Shown: piece after piece, positions 38,479 to 50,840 of the stretch
Layout of the letters: every line of letters begins with the position of its first letter
Numbering within the stretch: the first letter of the stretch is position 1
NCBI RefSeq assembly: GCF_004010195.1
Contig: NC_057719.1
Span: 82,103,224-82,167,223, forward strand
Direction: 5' to 3'
Source: Chiloscyllium plagiosum
Taxonomy: Eukaryota
Length of the DNA stretch: 64,000 bases
Notes under the pieces: generated by a model
Database searches by the model: none
Seen by the model: the letters and a program-made list of their open reading frames with translations, nothing else
What the model was told of the DNA's origin: nothing
Translations under genes and position numbers: made by a program

Positions 38479-40455
38479 TCATAGAGTCATACTGTATGAA
38501 AAGAGACCCTTTGGTTAAACTCACCCATGCTGACCAGATATCCTAAACTGATCTAGTCCGATTTGCCTTTGTTGGTATATATGCTCCTAAATCTTTCATA
38601 TTCATGCACGTGTAAACAGAGTTAGTTCCTCACTGAAGCGGGTATTATTTTGCTTTTTGCTGGGTTAAATATTACTGTTCCCTGACTGTAGTAAACAATC
38701 TCAGATCGAAATGAGCAGATATTTGCAACTGAGGTACCAAGCTAAAGTGAGCAACTTTTAGGGAGGCATAAATCAGCGGTGCTGAGAGGATGTGGTCTGT
38801 GAAATCCAGACCTGAAATGAGCAGGAAACTGAGGCTTTGTATGTTTGCTTGCATTTATTTATGTATTTACCCATCTTTCACAAGATGTCTGTCAAGACCA
38901 GAATTCATTATTCATTCCTAGTTGCCCTTGAGGAGGTAGTGGTTAACCACCTCCCTAAATGACTGCAGTCTATGTGGAGAAGATACTCCCAAACTGCAGC
39001 ACTTTTAATCTAACTGCAATGAAAGAATGGTGAAATATATCTTGGTCAGAATGATGTTAGAGTTGGAGAACAATTTGGAGCCGGCTGTGTTCCCACTAAC
39101 TTGTTGCTCTTGTTCTTCTCGATGGTAGAGGTCACAGATTTGGGAATTGCTGTCAAAGGAGCCTTTAAGTGTTGCTACAGTGCAAACTCTGGATGGAAGG
39201 CACTATCTGTAGCATATTGCTTCTGATATTTAACAGAGATTTATGTGGTCCTGTGTGTAGCTCCAGGTAATCACTTTACTTTCAGGTAAAGAATGGTTTT
39301 GTTTCCCATGAATTTGCTGGGAGCAGAAAGAAGCTATAAGAGGTGTAGGTGAAGAGAGTGAAGCTGCAAGGAGGGTAGGGGAGAGGGGGAGGCTGATGAG
39401 CATTGAGAAAGACTGCAAAGGACAGAAATTGATTTTAAACCTATCAACAAAGAAACACTCAGCTAAATAGAAGTCAGGAAAACTTAAAGTGACAGAGGTA
39501 ATTTGGAATCTCTCACTGAAGGCTGGACTCAGACTGTATGACATAAACCTTACTTCTGGTTTAACTTTACAACAGTTGCTGTGGTCCTTATTAAATCAGA
39601 GTCAACATACAGAAGGAATCGGGAAATGAGGAACAAGTGTTTCAAAAGGGGGAAAAGTGAAATCACAATCCTCTGTGGACAGATGGTGAAAAATATGGAA
39701 AATTGTTTTAAAGCTTGCAATCCATCTGTAATACTCATTTAGTGGAAGTCAGATAGATTACATTCCTCACTGAATAACAGTGAATCGAATCATGTTCCTC
39801 ATTAAGTTGAGGTTATTCGGACTGTGTTCTTCCTGACGGAAGGTGAGTCGTACTGTGTTCCTCACTGACTGGTGTTTAGGAAGACTGTTCTAAATTGACT
39901 CTGCTTATCACTAAGATGGCTACATATGCATGTTTGTGTCTGTATATGTGTATGTGTGTGTCTGCATCTTTGAGTGTAGATATGTGATTTTTCCTATCCT
40001 CTGTGAAATGTAACAATCATTCACCATTAATCCTTTTATATTTTAGCTCAACAATCTGCATCAATGTAATAATAAATTTACAGTCTCCAGAATTCATGTG
40101 GAGCTCCCAGCTTTTACCACCAACAGTAATTGAAGTGATTATACTTCTCAACATGTTTTTTTTTCAGTCATGGAACTTCAGACAACGGTTTAATAGCTGC
40201 GATCAAAACACAGACTGATAGAACCTAAGTTACTAAACATTCCATGCTGATTTATGCCTTCCCAAATGTTGCTCACTTTAGCTTGGCACCTCAGTTGCAA
40301 ATATCTATTCCTTGAGCATCTGAGATTGTTCACACGGTTAGAAAACAACAATATTTAACCCAGCAAAGAGCAACATAATACTCACTTCAGTGAAGAACTA
40401 ACCTTGCTTACCTAAAGCACATCTTTATATGGCTAGTCCAATTCAGTTTATGGTC
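38441..40455. repeat. Long inverted duplication: arms 38441-38777 (with a CR1 tail inserted at ~38479-38611) and 40246-40455
   Basis: 'atttgcaactgaggtaccaagctaaagtgagcaac' versus 'gttgctcactttagcttggcacctcagttgcaaat'. Confidence 0.85.
39760..39895. repeat. Degenerate ~31-bp tandem repeat (4-5 units)
   Basis: '(tg)ttcctcactga'-like core at 39763, 39795, 39827, 39858 and 39888. Confidence 0.55.
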
Positions 40456-40459
40456 TGCT

Positions 40460-40930
40460 CATTTAGGCAGGTTATATTTGCTTTGGAGGTAGTACAATGA
40501 GGGTTTACTACTTTGGTCTCTGTGTTAAAAGAGATCAAATTGGGGTAATATTTTATTTTAGAAAAATTAAAGGAGAGGGTTTTGACATGGTAGACAACTG
40601 AGTGGTTGTTTTTCTTGGCTTGGGAATTTAGAACACAGGGATACAATCTCAGGGGAAGATGCCAATCAATTAAGATTAAGAGAATGAGATGTTCCTTTTC
40701 TCAGAGGGTTGTGAATCTTTGGAATTGTCTGCACCAGAGCATTATAGATATTCCATTACTGAATACGCTTAAGGTTAGGGTAAACAGATATTTGGTCTCT
40801 TAGGGAAGCAAGGGATACGAGGAGTGGGAACATGGAGTGAAGCAGAAATCAACCATGATCACGTTGAATGATGGAGTAGATTTAACAGGTCATACAGTCT
40901 ACACTTGCTTCTACTTCTTAAATTCTTATT
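40460..40930 (+). mobile_element. CR1 3' fragment
   Basis: 'RTQGYNLRG...FSQRVVNLWNCL'. Confidence 0.78.
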
Positions 40931-41334
40931 TATCCCATCATACTCTTTCAACCACTGTATTATAACTTCATGAGTACTATCTTAACCGGGATCATAATTG
41001 GGAGCTATTGTAATTTCGGCAATTTACTTCCTGTAAAGTGATTGGCATTCTGACCTTAGCTGTTCCAAAAGGTGTCATCGGGTAGCAATCTCTCTTCTCC
41101 CAGTTTATTACATTGTCTAACAATGGATCAATTACTCTATTACATTCAAGGGACAAAGTCAAGTGGTTCTTTAGGAGATCACTAATAGTTCAACTGTGTC
41201 CATAGGAAGAGAATCAAATAACTCCAATCAGTGGACATAAGGTAATCAGAAAGAAGAGAGAGAAGCTAGGAATCACAAAAGGTATAAGATTGATGCACAC
41301 AAACCTTTCCTTATTACCTGAAGGCTCACAATGT

Positions 41335-41860
41335 AAAACTTGTGTTTATCTATTTACAAGGCACAAGTCAGAAGGATCATAGACTACTCTCTATTTGCTT
41401 GGAACGGTATAGCTCCAGTAACACTCAAGAAGTTTAATGCCTACCAGAAAAAGGCAGTCTGCTTGATTGGCACCCCATCTACCACATTCAACATTTACTC
41501 CCTCTACCCCCGATGCATAATGGCAACAGTGTGATCAAACTACAAGATGGACTGCAGTAATTCACCAAGACTCCTTTGCTAGTAGTTTCCAAACTTGTGA
41601 CCTCTACATTTAGAAGGTCAAAGGCAGCATATAATTGAAACACCACTAGCTGCATGTTTCTCTCCAAGCTACACATCATCCTGACTCCCTCCCTGTCACT
41701 GGGTCAGAATCCTGAACTCCCTTCCTAACAGCATTGATGTAAACCTATATCACATTGACTGCAGTGGTTCAAGTGGTTACCATCAGCTTCTTAAGGCCTT
41801 CTAGGAATGGGCAGTAAATGCTGTGAAGCCAACGATGCTTAAATGTGAATGCATAACAAT
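41335..41860 (+). mobile_element. Second-family LINE 3' fragment
   Basis: 'IYKAQVRRIIDYSLFAWNGIAPVTLKKFNAYQKKAVCLIG'. Confidence 0.78.
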
Positions 41861-42165
41861 TATTAATTTATTTACTTCTCTTTTTTTAAGCAGGAGCAAA
41901 GGGCAAGACAACTGTGGGTACTCTGCTTAATATGTGTATAATTTTGAAGGACTGACTTTCTTGAAATAATCTTGAAATGGTAAAATGCAACCAGATAAGG
42001 GCTACTTGCCTTTGTGTTTACTTCAGTGCTGCTGAAACCCTCCTCCAGGTTTGGCCATGTCAACACCTTCTTTGTCTTTCTCCAATTAGTCTAAAACTCT
42101 GTTGCTCATAGTCCCTACGATTGCTGTCTTTGATGTCTTTCAATGGCTGCCTATGTCCAATATAA

Positions 42166-43046
42166 GAGGTAAAAACAATGACTGCAGATGCTGGAAACCA
42201 GATTCTGGATCAGTGGTGCTGGAAGAGCACAGCAATTCAGGCAGCATCCGACGAGCAGCAAAATCGACATTTCGGGCAAAAGCCCTTCATCAGGAATAAA
42301 GGCAGAGAGCCTGAAGCATGGAGAGATAAGCTAGAGGAGGGTGGGGTTGGGGAGAAAGTAGCTGTTGAAGTCCACATTGATGCCCTGGAGTTGAAGTGTT
42401 CCGAGGCGGAAGATGAGGCGTCCTTCCTCCAGACGTCTGGTGGTGAGGGAGCGGCGGTGAAGGAGGCCCAGGACCTCCATGTCCTCGGCAGAGTGGGAGG
42501 GGGAGTTGAAATGTTGGGCCACGGGGCGGTTTGGTTGATTGGTGCGGGTGTCTCTGAGATGTTCCCTGAAGCGCTCTGCTAGGAGGCCCCCCCCCCCCCC
42601 TCCTCTAGCTTATCTCTCCATGTTTCAGGCTCTCTGCCTTTATTCCTGATGGAGGGCTTTTGCCCGAAACGTCGATTTTGCCTGTCCTCGGATGCTGCCT
42701 GAATTGCTGTGCTCTTCCAGCACCACTGATCCAGAATCTGGTTTCCAGCATCTGCAGTCATTGTTTTTACCTCGTTGATTTTAACCCTACTGTGAATCCT
42801 CTTGCAAGGATGCCTGCCTTGAAGAAGTTTTCCTCCTCTCTCTACAAGAATCTCATCTCCTCCCCCACTCACCTATTGTACTCTATGCTACTTTCTCCCC
42901 ACCCCCACCCTCCTCTAGCTTATCTCTCCATGCTTCAGGCTCTCTGCCTTTATTCCTGATGAAAGGCTTTTGCCCGAAACGTCGATTTTGCTGCTCGTCG
43001 GATGCTGCCTGAATTGCTGTGCTCTTCCAGCACCACTGATCCAGAA
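42166..43046. mobile_element. Penelope-like element remnant: GIY-YIG C-terminus, one inverted and two tandem terminal repeats, three hammerhead cores
   Basis: Minus ORF 'AQHFNSPSHS...RRLEEGRLIFRLGTLQLQGINVDF'; cores at 42266-42293(-), 42646-42673(+) and 42956-42983(+); perfect 14-bp TSD tatgtccaatataa at 42152-42165 and 43047-43060. Confidence 0.9.
42956..42983 (+). ncRNA. Minimal type I hammerhead ribozyme motif (PLE type)
   Basis: CUGAUGA, short stem II GGC-UUUU-GCC, GAAA, loopless palindromic stem III AC|GU, GUC cleavage triplet. Confidence 0.7.
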
Positions 43047-43214
43047 TATGTCCAATATAATCCTACTCTTCATTTCCAATTACTTTCACAGCCATAGCTC
43101 TTCTGGAATTCCATTCGTTTCTTTTTGCGAGCTGGCTACTATCATCACATCTATTGTTGTTGAGTTCTGACAGTACCAATAAAAAGAATCTGTCTGCTGG
43201 CAGGAGTCTTGGTG

Positions 43215-44030
43215 ATAGGAATGCAAATTTAGGGAAAATGCAAGAGTACAGAAGTGAGGAAGTTACTCTAATGCTTTGAAATCAGTGATTAGGCCACAGT
43301 TGTACCCTTGACTCTAATTCTGAACACCACTTTCAAGAAGAGTGTCAAGAAAAAGTGTAGAGCAGATTATTGGAATGATGTTGGTCTCCTCATTTAAGGA
43401 AGGATGTAACTTCATTGAAGGCGGTTCAAAGAAAGGTTACCTGATACCTGGAATGATTGGGTTGTCTTTTGAGGATGGATTTAATGCTGTGCCTGTTTTC
43501 AGTCGAGTTTAGAAGAGTGAGAAGTGTATAAGATCCTGAAAGCTCTTGACAAATCGACATAGAAAGGATGTTTCTTTTTGTGGGTCATTCCAGAACTAGA
43601 GAGTAATCTTTTAAAATTAACTAATAATTTCTAATTGACTGAGCAAAATGATTTACTTCTGCTCCTAATTTGTGTTTGTATATATCAGGATTTGTATATT
43701 TGAGGAACTTCAGTTTAGTGGAGAGAGAAGAGAAGCTGGAATAATTTTCTTTGAGCTGAGAAAATTAAGGGGATGGCTTAATAAAGACATTCAAAATGTA
43801 TCTGTCAAAAGATGTATTCTTATTCCTAGACTTTTATGGCAATTTTTTGTAATCTGGAATGCACTACCTGGAAGCTCATTAATCAGTAACTTTCAAAATA
43901 GAATCATATAAATACTCAATAAGTATTTATCGGTAGGGAGAGTAGGGTGATGAGACTAATTGGATAGTTTACACTGAGTCAGCATGGGCATGATGGGCTG
44001 AATTGTCACCCAGTGCTGTAAGATTCTGTG
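43215..44030 (+). mobile_element. Nested decayed CR1 fragments
   Basis: 'gattaggccacagttg', 'ccagaactagagag', 'atctggaatgcactacctg' and a CR1-type tail. Confidence 0.6.
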
Positions 44031-44520
44031 AGGCCGCAAAGTCAAGGTGGGAAAAGAGATGAGCTCTCAGGAAAACAAAGAAAAACAGCATTATAGATTG
44101 TTGGTGGCTTTCAGTGTCATTTCCTAACCTTTTGGCAATCTTCTGATTAGCACACATTAGGTAACTGGTTAATTGTTGTTTTTTATGCTTGATTAGCGTA
44201 CAGAGCCGAGAATGTTTTGCAGAAATTAATTAAGTTTGAAAGAAGCCTCATTAAGGTCTCTGTGGAAAAGACTATGTTCCCTTTCTCCTTGAGGACTGCT
44301 TGTGAAGTTTATTGTATTTGTTGCAGAAGAGTAAATAATTCTCTGGACCATCCTGTCTTTGAAATTTCCCAATAAAGCTTCAATTCTTTTCATTGTACGC
44401 TGCTAATTCTGTTATTCTTTGGCCTGGTAAGTGGAACCTCGGGGGTTCCTCAAGCTCCAAACAGTGGAGTATGTAACTATAGCCAAATGGCATGTTGGAC
44501 CTCAGAAGAGTACTGCTGCT

Positions 44521-44663
44521 AGTGAGTTTTGAGAAGATGTGTAGCTCAGGTTGAGGTTCTGGACGTAGGTTTGCTTACTGAGCTGGAAGGTTCAGTTTCA
44601 GATATTTTGTCACCATACTAGTGAGCTCACTGGTGATGTTACCCAGTATGGTAACCTACATCC
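44521..44663. mobile_element. Short insert of another probable PLE family, partly inverted, with decayed hammerhead-like core
   Basis: Perfect 12-bp TSD agtactgctgct at 44509-44520 and 44664-44675; 'ctggtga-t-gttacc-cagtat-ggtaac' plus the inverted 'tgtcaccatactag'. Confidence 0.6.
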
Positions 44664-45337
44664 AGTACTGCTGCTCTTGTCTAATATATGTGTACTTGCA
44701 GCTGGAATCAAAGATTGGAATTGGAAACCCCAGGTGATCTCTTCCACAGCCTGATTTCATCAAAGTCAATCCTGTGTGTAGAACCCTCATAGACAAACTG
44801 TGAATCAGTAACTCAAAAATGGTGTTCACACCTAAGACATTCTTGGATGGAGTGGTTTACAATATCACTCTAATTCATTAAATTTAGACTTGTATTCAAG
44901 TACTTTACAATGTGTTATGTGTCCTTTAATACATTGTTGAAATGCAGCAGCCAATCTTTCGACAGCAAGATCCCGTAACATTATATTTAACCATCAAATT
45001 AGTTTTCAAGATTTTGGTCCCGGTATACATGTTGGCTGAGATGCTTGGGATAACTCTTCTTCAAATTATTGCCATGGTAAGACGTTACCTCAGTTTAATG
45101 TCTCTTCAGTCCAAGGCTCTCTTTGTTCAGATCTACACCCTCCAAGTGGAAAATTATTTTAACAAGTATCATATCACACATGAAACATCAATATGATAGC
45201 TTTCAGCTCAAGCTATGTTTCAGCCTGAAGTCAAAAGTAAATCCTCTATCAGTGAGTTATTATTAAAAATCATCACCAGAAGAAATGTTGTTATCAGCCC
45301 ATTATGCCTCTTGAGACAGAAGCCTGGCTTTATTCCC

Positions 45338-46294
45338 TGCATCATTAGAAAATAAATATTACAGATTCTGTTCATACTTACTATCTCAGAAATCTAGCAT
45401 GCCTGAATTTAGCACTTTCAAAATATATTATTTTTATGGTGTGCTAGGTATTGGGTGTCATAACTGCTCTCTGCAATAGATCACAGACTGATCATTTTCA
45501 ACTTCGTGAAAAATAGGAAATAGTGGAGGGACTGGAATGGGGGAAGATGGGGAAGCAGCTGGGAGAGCTAGTATTAGATTAAGTTAGTACCAAAAGTTTA
45601 CTGCCTACTACTAAAGATAAGTGTTTGTGTTAACATTTCAACTCAGCTTTACCACACACATTCTACTTTCTTTCATCAATTCTCTTGAATTATCTCCATC
45701 TAGCTTCCTCTGGTGTTTAATCCAGCTTTTTGCTTCATCTTCGACTATTGTTACCTCATTATGAATATCTTTTATTTTTCTCTTTGTCTGTCTATCTTTA
45801 CCTTCATCCAACCTCTTTCTTTTATTTTTTTTCCCACTCCGGATGTTTCTCTTTCTCTGTTATCTCATTCCTCACTCTATTCCTCATTGTCATTTCTTTT
45901 AAACTGCTCTCTCTCAAACATGGATTAGCTTTAATATTTTTGTGGAAGCAGGGAGGGAGGTGAAGAATTGTTTGGTTGGAGGAAAATCTATTCTTCCAGA
46001 GCCTGATTTCTATTTTGTCAGACTGAATTGCTGGCAGGCAGATGAGTAGTCTGTAGCACTAGGCTGTGGACAGGCAGCAGAGAGGAGGGAGATAGAAATG
46101 ATGGATCGGGAAGGGCCATATGAGAGAAACAGGAGATGTCTTGAAAATGATCAGTTTGTGATCTATTGCAGAGAGCAGTTATGACACCAAATACCTAGCA
46201 CACCTTAAATTTGGAAAGTGCTAAATTCAGGCATGCTAGATTTCTGAGATAGTAAGTATGAACAGAGTCTGTAATATTGTTTTTTAATGATGCA
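45338..46294. repeat. Long, highly similar inverted repeat: arms 45338-45501 and 46141-46294
   Basis: 'ctgttcatacttactatctcagaaatctagcatgcctgaatttagcactttc' and its exact reverse complement. Confidence 0.92.
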
Positions 46295-48269
46295 CATTGA
46301 TGAGATTGCCGGGATCAGAGGAGGGGAGAAGATTGAAGAGGGCTAGTTGAGTATACCATGGGAAGATTACACGAGTCACATAGAAGGAAATAAGAGGGGG
46401 GGAGGAAATCACAGGCTGTGGAGGATTTTAAGAGGGCATCAGATTTCAAGATTCAGAATTAGAACTTGGTCTGATTGTTTGGGGCATTAATAAGGTAGCT
46501 TGATTGACTGGGAGAGTGAGGAAATATTCCTTCTCCTCTTCGCCCACAAGTAGTGTGGGAAAATTATTGTTTCATGTGACTGTGCTCCCCTCACTTTAGC
46601 TATTGAGTTTCCTAATGCAATGGAAATCCTAGCCACCTGTTTAGCTTAAACAGAAATAAAATCATAAAACACACAGCATTATTAAATATTGAAATGAGTA
46701 CTATGCTTTCTGAGAATGTGTTGGGTGCCTACTATAAAAAGCTCCACCTTTGCACACCAGCTTAGTTCTCCCTCCACTATGATCAGAAATAGGTGGATTT
46801 AATTTTGTTTCAAATGTTTTAACTTGTTTCCCACCTGACCCAAAGTCGCATGTTTTGGTAGATTAAAATTAATCTCAACTCCTTTCTTAATTTCCTCAAA
46901 AGTCAATAACTCTTTAAAACAAAATATTTATTTCTTTGACATATGAATAAACTCCAGAAGTATCTATACTATAGAGATGCCCTCCCCATTGTCATTTGTT
47001 AGGAACAAAGTTTAGATGTGTCAGATATATAAATGACATTGCCAAGCAGCTCAAAGTACTCTGTGAAAAATAAAATGTGAGCCAATCCAGTGACAAGTCA
47101 ATTCCAGCCATGTATGCCCAATTTTATGAATTATATTTACACACAAATCCCCTAGAAATGCCTACATGTACAACCAGGAGAGGAAAATGTACTTAGAGCT
47201 GCAAGACTCAGGTGGTGTCCACTGAGGGAAGTTTGCATTGAACGATGGGTAATGAGGGGTCAGTCAGTGCAGCACCCATTTTTGGTGGAATCATGTGGAA
47301 TCCCGCTTCCCTGTTGCTTGCTGAAGCAATTCAATTGCAAGAGACATTGCAATGTGTAACTTAAATAAGGTGTGTAGTTGGAGTGAATCAGTATTGGTCA
47401 GTCTGAGGTTGTTAATTGGTAGGGAAAGGTAATTGTAAGGTATTGGTTAAAAGCAGAAACAGACTACTTGATCATCTAATATATAAAAATTAGGCGACCA
47501 TCTGAATGTTGTTCTACTTTGATTGAATAGAGATGATTCCAAGAAGGCAGCAAGATTTTAAGATGAGACTTACAGACTTAAAAGCCTTTGTTGACAAAAG
47601 GGAGCAATAATGGTCAATCTGGGTGTAATTTGAACTGTAGATGCAGGACTAAAGGCCACAACTTAAATGTCAATAAGTCCAAGGGAATACCAGAGATTAC
47701 AGGCTTGTATCACAATGAGTAGTGAAATAAAATTCCCATTGTTTAACCTCTTTAAAGAGCTTCATAAATAACTTTAGAATGGGGTTAAAGGTTAAAGGGA
47801 CTAATCTTAGATGCATATGATCTTTGGATTGTGATGTGGCATATGGTGTTGAGGACATGTGATGGAAGCATCATGGATGCAGATATTATTTTTTTTTAAA
47901 TCTTTTCATGACCTTATGATTCTGTGATTCTACAATTAAGATGCCCAAATATTTTTCAACTGGTGAAAACAGATTAAAATGCAATCATTGTTGTTGAGTA
48001 GGAAATATAGCCTACCAGGAGCAGAGAGAAATATTAGGACAGGTGACCAAGAGGTTAGTCAAAGAAATGGGTGATAAGGAAAGTCTTAAAGAGAGACAGT
48101 TGGAGAAGTTTATTGAACAAATTCCAGAAACTAGTTTACTTGCATGGCAATTAGCACCCTTATATTAGCAATCTTTCATGACCTAAGGAGATCCTAAAGC
48201 ACTTCACATTTGAAGTATACTCACTGTTGCAGTGTGGAAAACAGAGAACATAATAGTTTTCCTCAAGGC

Positions 48270-48902
48270 ACCATTGGCTAGGCCAGCATTTATTGCCCAG
48301 AGGGCAATTAAGAACAACCACATTGCTGTGGGTCTGGATTCACGTGCATTATAAAATCCCTATAGTTTGGAAGCAGGCCATTTGGTCCACCAACTGCACA
48401 CTGACCCACCAAATAACAACCCACCCACCTATTCCAGTAACCCTGCATTTCCCATGGCTAATAAACCTAAACTGCACATCTTTGAGCTGTGGGAGAATTG
48501 CAAATTGCACACAGTGTCTGAGGCTGGAATCAAACCTAGGTGCTTAGCACTGTGAGGTAGCAGTGCTACCCACTGAGCCACTTTGCCTCGTCAGCCACGC
48601 CAGATAAGGATGGCAGTTTTGTTCCCTTAAGGACATTCGTGAACTAGATAGAATTTTCTGAACAATCAAGAATGGATTCATGATCATCATTAGGTTCTCA
48701 ATATACAGGATTACCTGGGTCTCTCGTAATGAGAAAGTGAGAACTGCAGATGCTGGAGATCAGAGCTGAAAATGTGTTGCTGGAAAAGCGCAGCAGGTCA
48801 GGCAGCATCCAAGGAACAGGAGAATCGACGTTTCGGGCATAAGCCCTTCTTCTCTCTTGTAATGGTCCAGTGATAATGCCACCCCCAGACTGTCACCTCC
48901 CC
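48270..48902 (-). mobile_element. tRNA-derived SINE (23921-type) with nested HE1 (~48350-48587) and PLE insert
   Basis: 'ggccagcatttattgccc' tail; 'gtcacctcccc' head; HE1 head 'gtgaggtagcagtgctacccactgagcca'. Confidence 0.65.
48732..48852 (-). mobile_element. Short PLE-derived insert truncated in the hammerhead core
   Basis: Minus strand GAAGA-A-GGGC-TTAT-GCCC-GAAACGTC; 11/12 TSD tctc(t)ygtaatg at 48720-48731 and 48853-48864. Confidence 0.85.
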
Positions 48903-48939
48903 TAATTTGTTCATGACAACTCCTACAAATAGTAATATG

Positions 48940-49195
48940 GATGATGATCAGTCAATGATTTTGTGCTGTTGGTTGAGGGATGAATATTGGCCAACACATT
49001 GGGGATAATCCCCTGCTATTCTTTGAAATAGTGTCACATTTAGTCACAAACATTTTCAGAGAGTAGAAAAGTTTAATGGCTCCTGAAAGAGGACACTCCT
49101 GGCAATGCAGCCCTGGGCGTCCTTGAAGAAGCCTAGATTTTTAAGCTCACGTCCTGAACTCGGAACGCACGCAAGGAGGCGAAAGTGCTAATTAA
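48940..49195 (-). mobile_element. Deu-domain SINE (SacSINE1-like), decayed
   Basis: 'ggttgagggatgaatattggccaacacattggggataatcccctgctattctttgaaatagtgtca'; similar to 60250-60670. Confidence 0.6.
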
Positions 49196-49829
49196 TAGAC
49201 GTGACAATGTTGGAAACAGGATAATTCAGAAAGATTGTAAGTTTGGAAGAGATAGGGAAAGATCATGGAAAGAAGTGAACATGGGCGATAAAGTGAAGGT
49301 AGAAGTAATAAGGTTTAAGCAAAGATGAGGATAGAGGGTCGGAAGCTCAGTTTAGAGAGAGCCAAGGCAATGGACTCTGGTTCAACTTCAGGCAGTAATA
49401 GCTCCATAACCGGGGGAGGGAGGAGTGGAGGAGAGGAGGAGAATGAGTCAACATCGAAAAGTCACAGTGGACACGTTATGTAAGCTCTATTTCTCTGTCC
49501 ACATATGCTGCCAGACCTACTGAGTTTCTCAAGCACTTTATGTTTTTTAAATTTCATTTCTGATCTGCAGCGTCCGCAGTACTTTGCTTTTGTTTTAAAA
49601 GATATGTAAATACACACACATATACAGCAGCTAATAGAGTTGCTACAGGGATGGGGAATTCTATCAGTCTAGACAATTCCTGAATTGCCTGGAGGTGAAT
49701 ATGCGGCGGTGGGGACGGGGTCGCTAGGGTTTTCATATCTCAGCAGTTATTTGTTTGTGTTTGTGCGCGTGTTGTTTTTTTTTTATTATTATTTGCGCCG
49801 GCTCCTTCATCGTGAGTCACTTTTTTTTT

Positions 49830-50250
49830 CTGTATCACGGGTTGATGTGCGAGTGACCACCAGGACGACGATGTGTTGCCACACGCGGTGCGCTCCAGAG
49901 GAGAGAGCCAGAGCGGCCAGGCATCCGCTCTGTCCTTGCAGTTGGAGTTGACCACCCGTCCCTCAGTGCCTCCCCGCTTTTGTTTCTGTTTGTTTATTTC
50001 TCAACAACAGAAACCCCCCCGCCCCCCAAAAACAAAAAGAGAGAAGAAAGTGTCGTTCGTTAAGACCGCCGTCGATCGAGAAAGGAGCAGGGGCTGGCCG
50101 CACTGGATCGAGCAGGTGGAGACTGGTTTTTTTTTGTGTGTGTGTAAATGTTGACAGCCTGGTTTCACAAGCACAGAGAGAGAGAGAGAGAGAGAAAGAG
50201 TGGGCATCCTGCTCTCGGACCGTGGCCGTGCTTTGTCCAGATTTTTCCAG
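49830..50250 (+). other. Candidate alternative first exon A (start approximate)
   Basis: Donor CAG|GTAACC at 50250/50251 inside the CpG island. Confidence 0.4.
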
Positions 50251-50609
50251 GTAACCGGACTCCCCTTCCCTACCCCTTCCCCACCCCTACCCCTTCTTAT
50301 TCCTTATAATCGGAGCAAGGAAAGGGTGGGGGTGGATGGAAATATAAGAGTTGCATTTCCCCGACGAGCCCTCGTTAGCACTTTATTTTCTCTCATGGTT
50401 GCATTCTTTCCCCCCCACCCCCCCAATACACTTCAGTCGCGTCCAACCACCCCCTCGGAGTGTGCAGATCCTTCGCCGTTGCCGCGATCAGGGATTTTTT
50501 TTATTATTATTATTTGCGTTCGAGTGATTTTTTTTTTGTTGTGTGTGTTTTTCTTCTGCTGAATGTGACATTCCAGCTGCCGGAGAAGTCACGTTCCCGG
50601 AAGCGGAGT

Positions 50610-50840
50610 AGGATGACATGTTCCCCCCCCAACCCCCCTCTTATTTTTGTTTTCGAGGACTTGGGGAAGGAGGAGGTGAAGGGAAGGGAAGGGAAGGGGG
50701 GGGGGGGGGGTGTCTGGGGTCGAGGCTGTCCCCCGGGGAGAGTTGAGCGGAGGGAGGATGTTGCCCAGGTCTGAAGGAGCCGGCCTCGCCGCCGCTGATG
50801 GCGATGGCGGCTGTGAGCAGCGGCGACCTTCCAGCGCCAG
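50610..50840 (+). other. Candidate alternative first exon B, possibly with a start codon (start approximate)
   Basis: Donor CAG|GTACCG at 50840/50841; ATGs at 50758, 50798 and 50804 (gcgATGg). Confidence 0.45.

Noticed and set aside
39760..39895. Regularly spaced short repeats resembling a CRISPR array
   Set aside because: Eukaryotic context, degenerate ~11-bp cores at ~31-bp period, no cas genes; a decayed minisatellite
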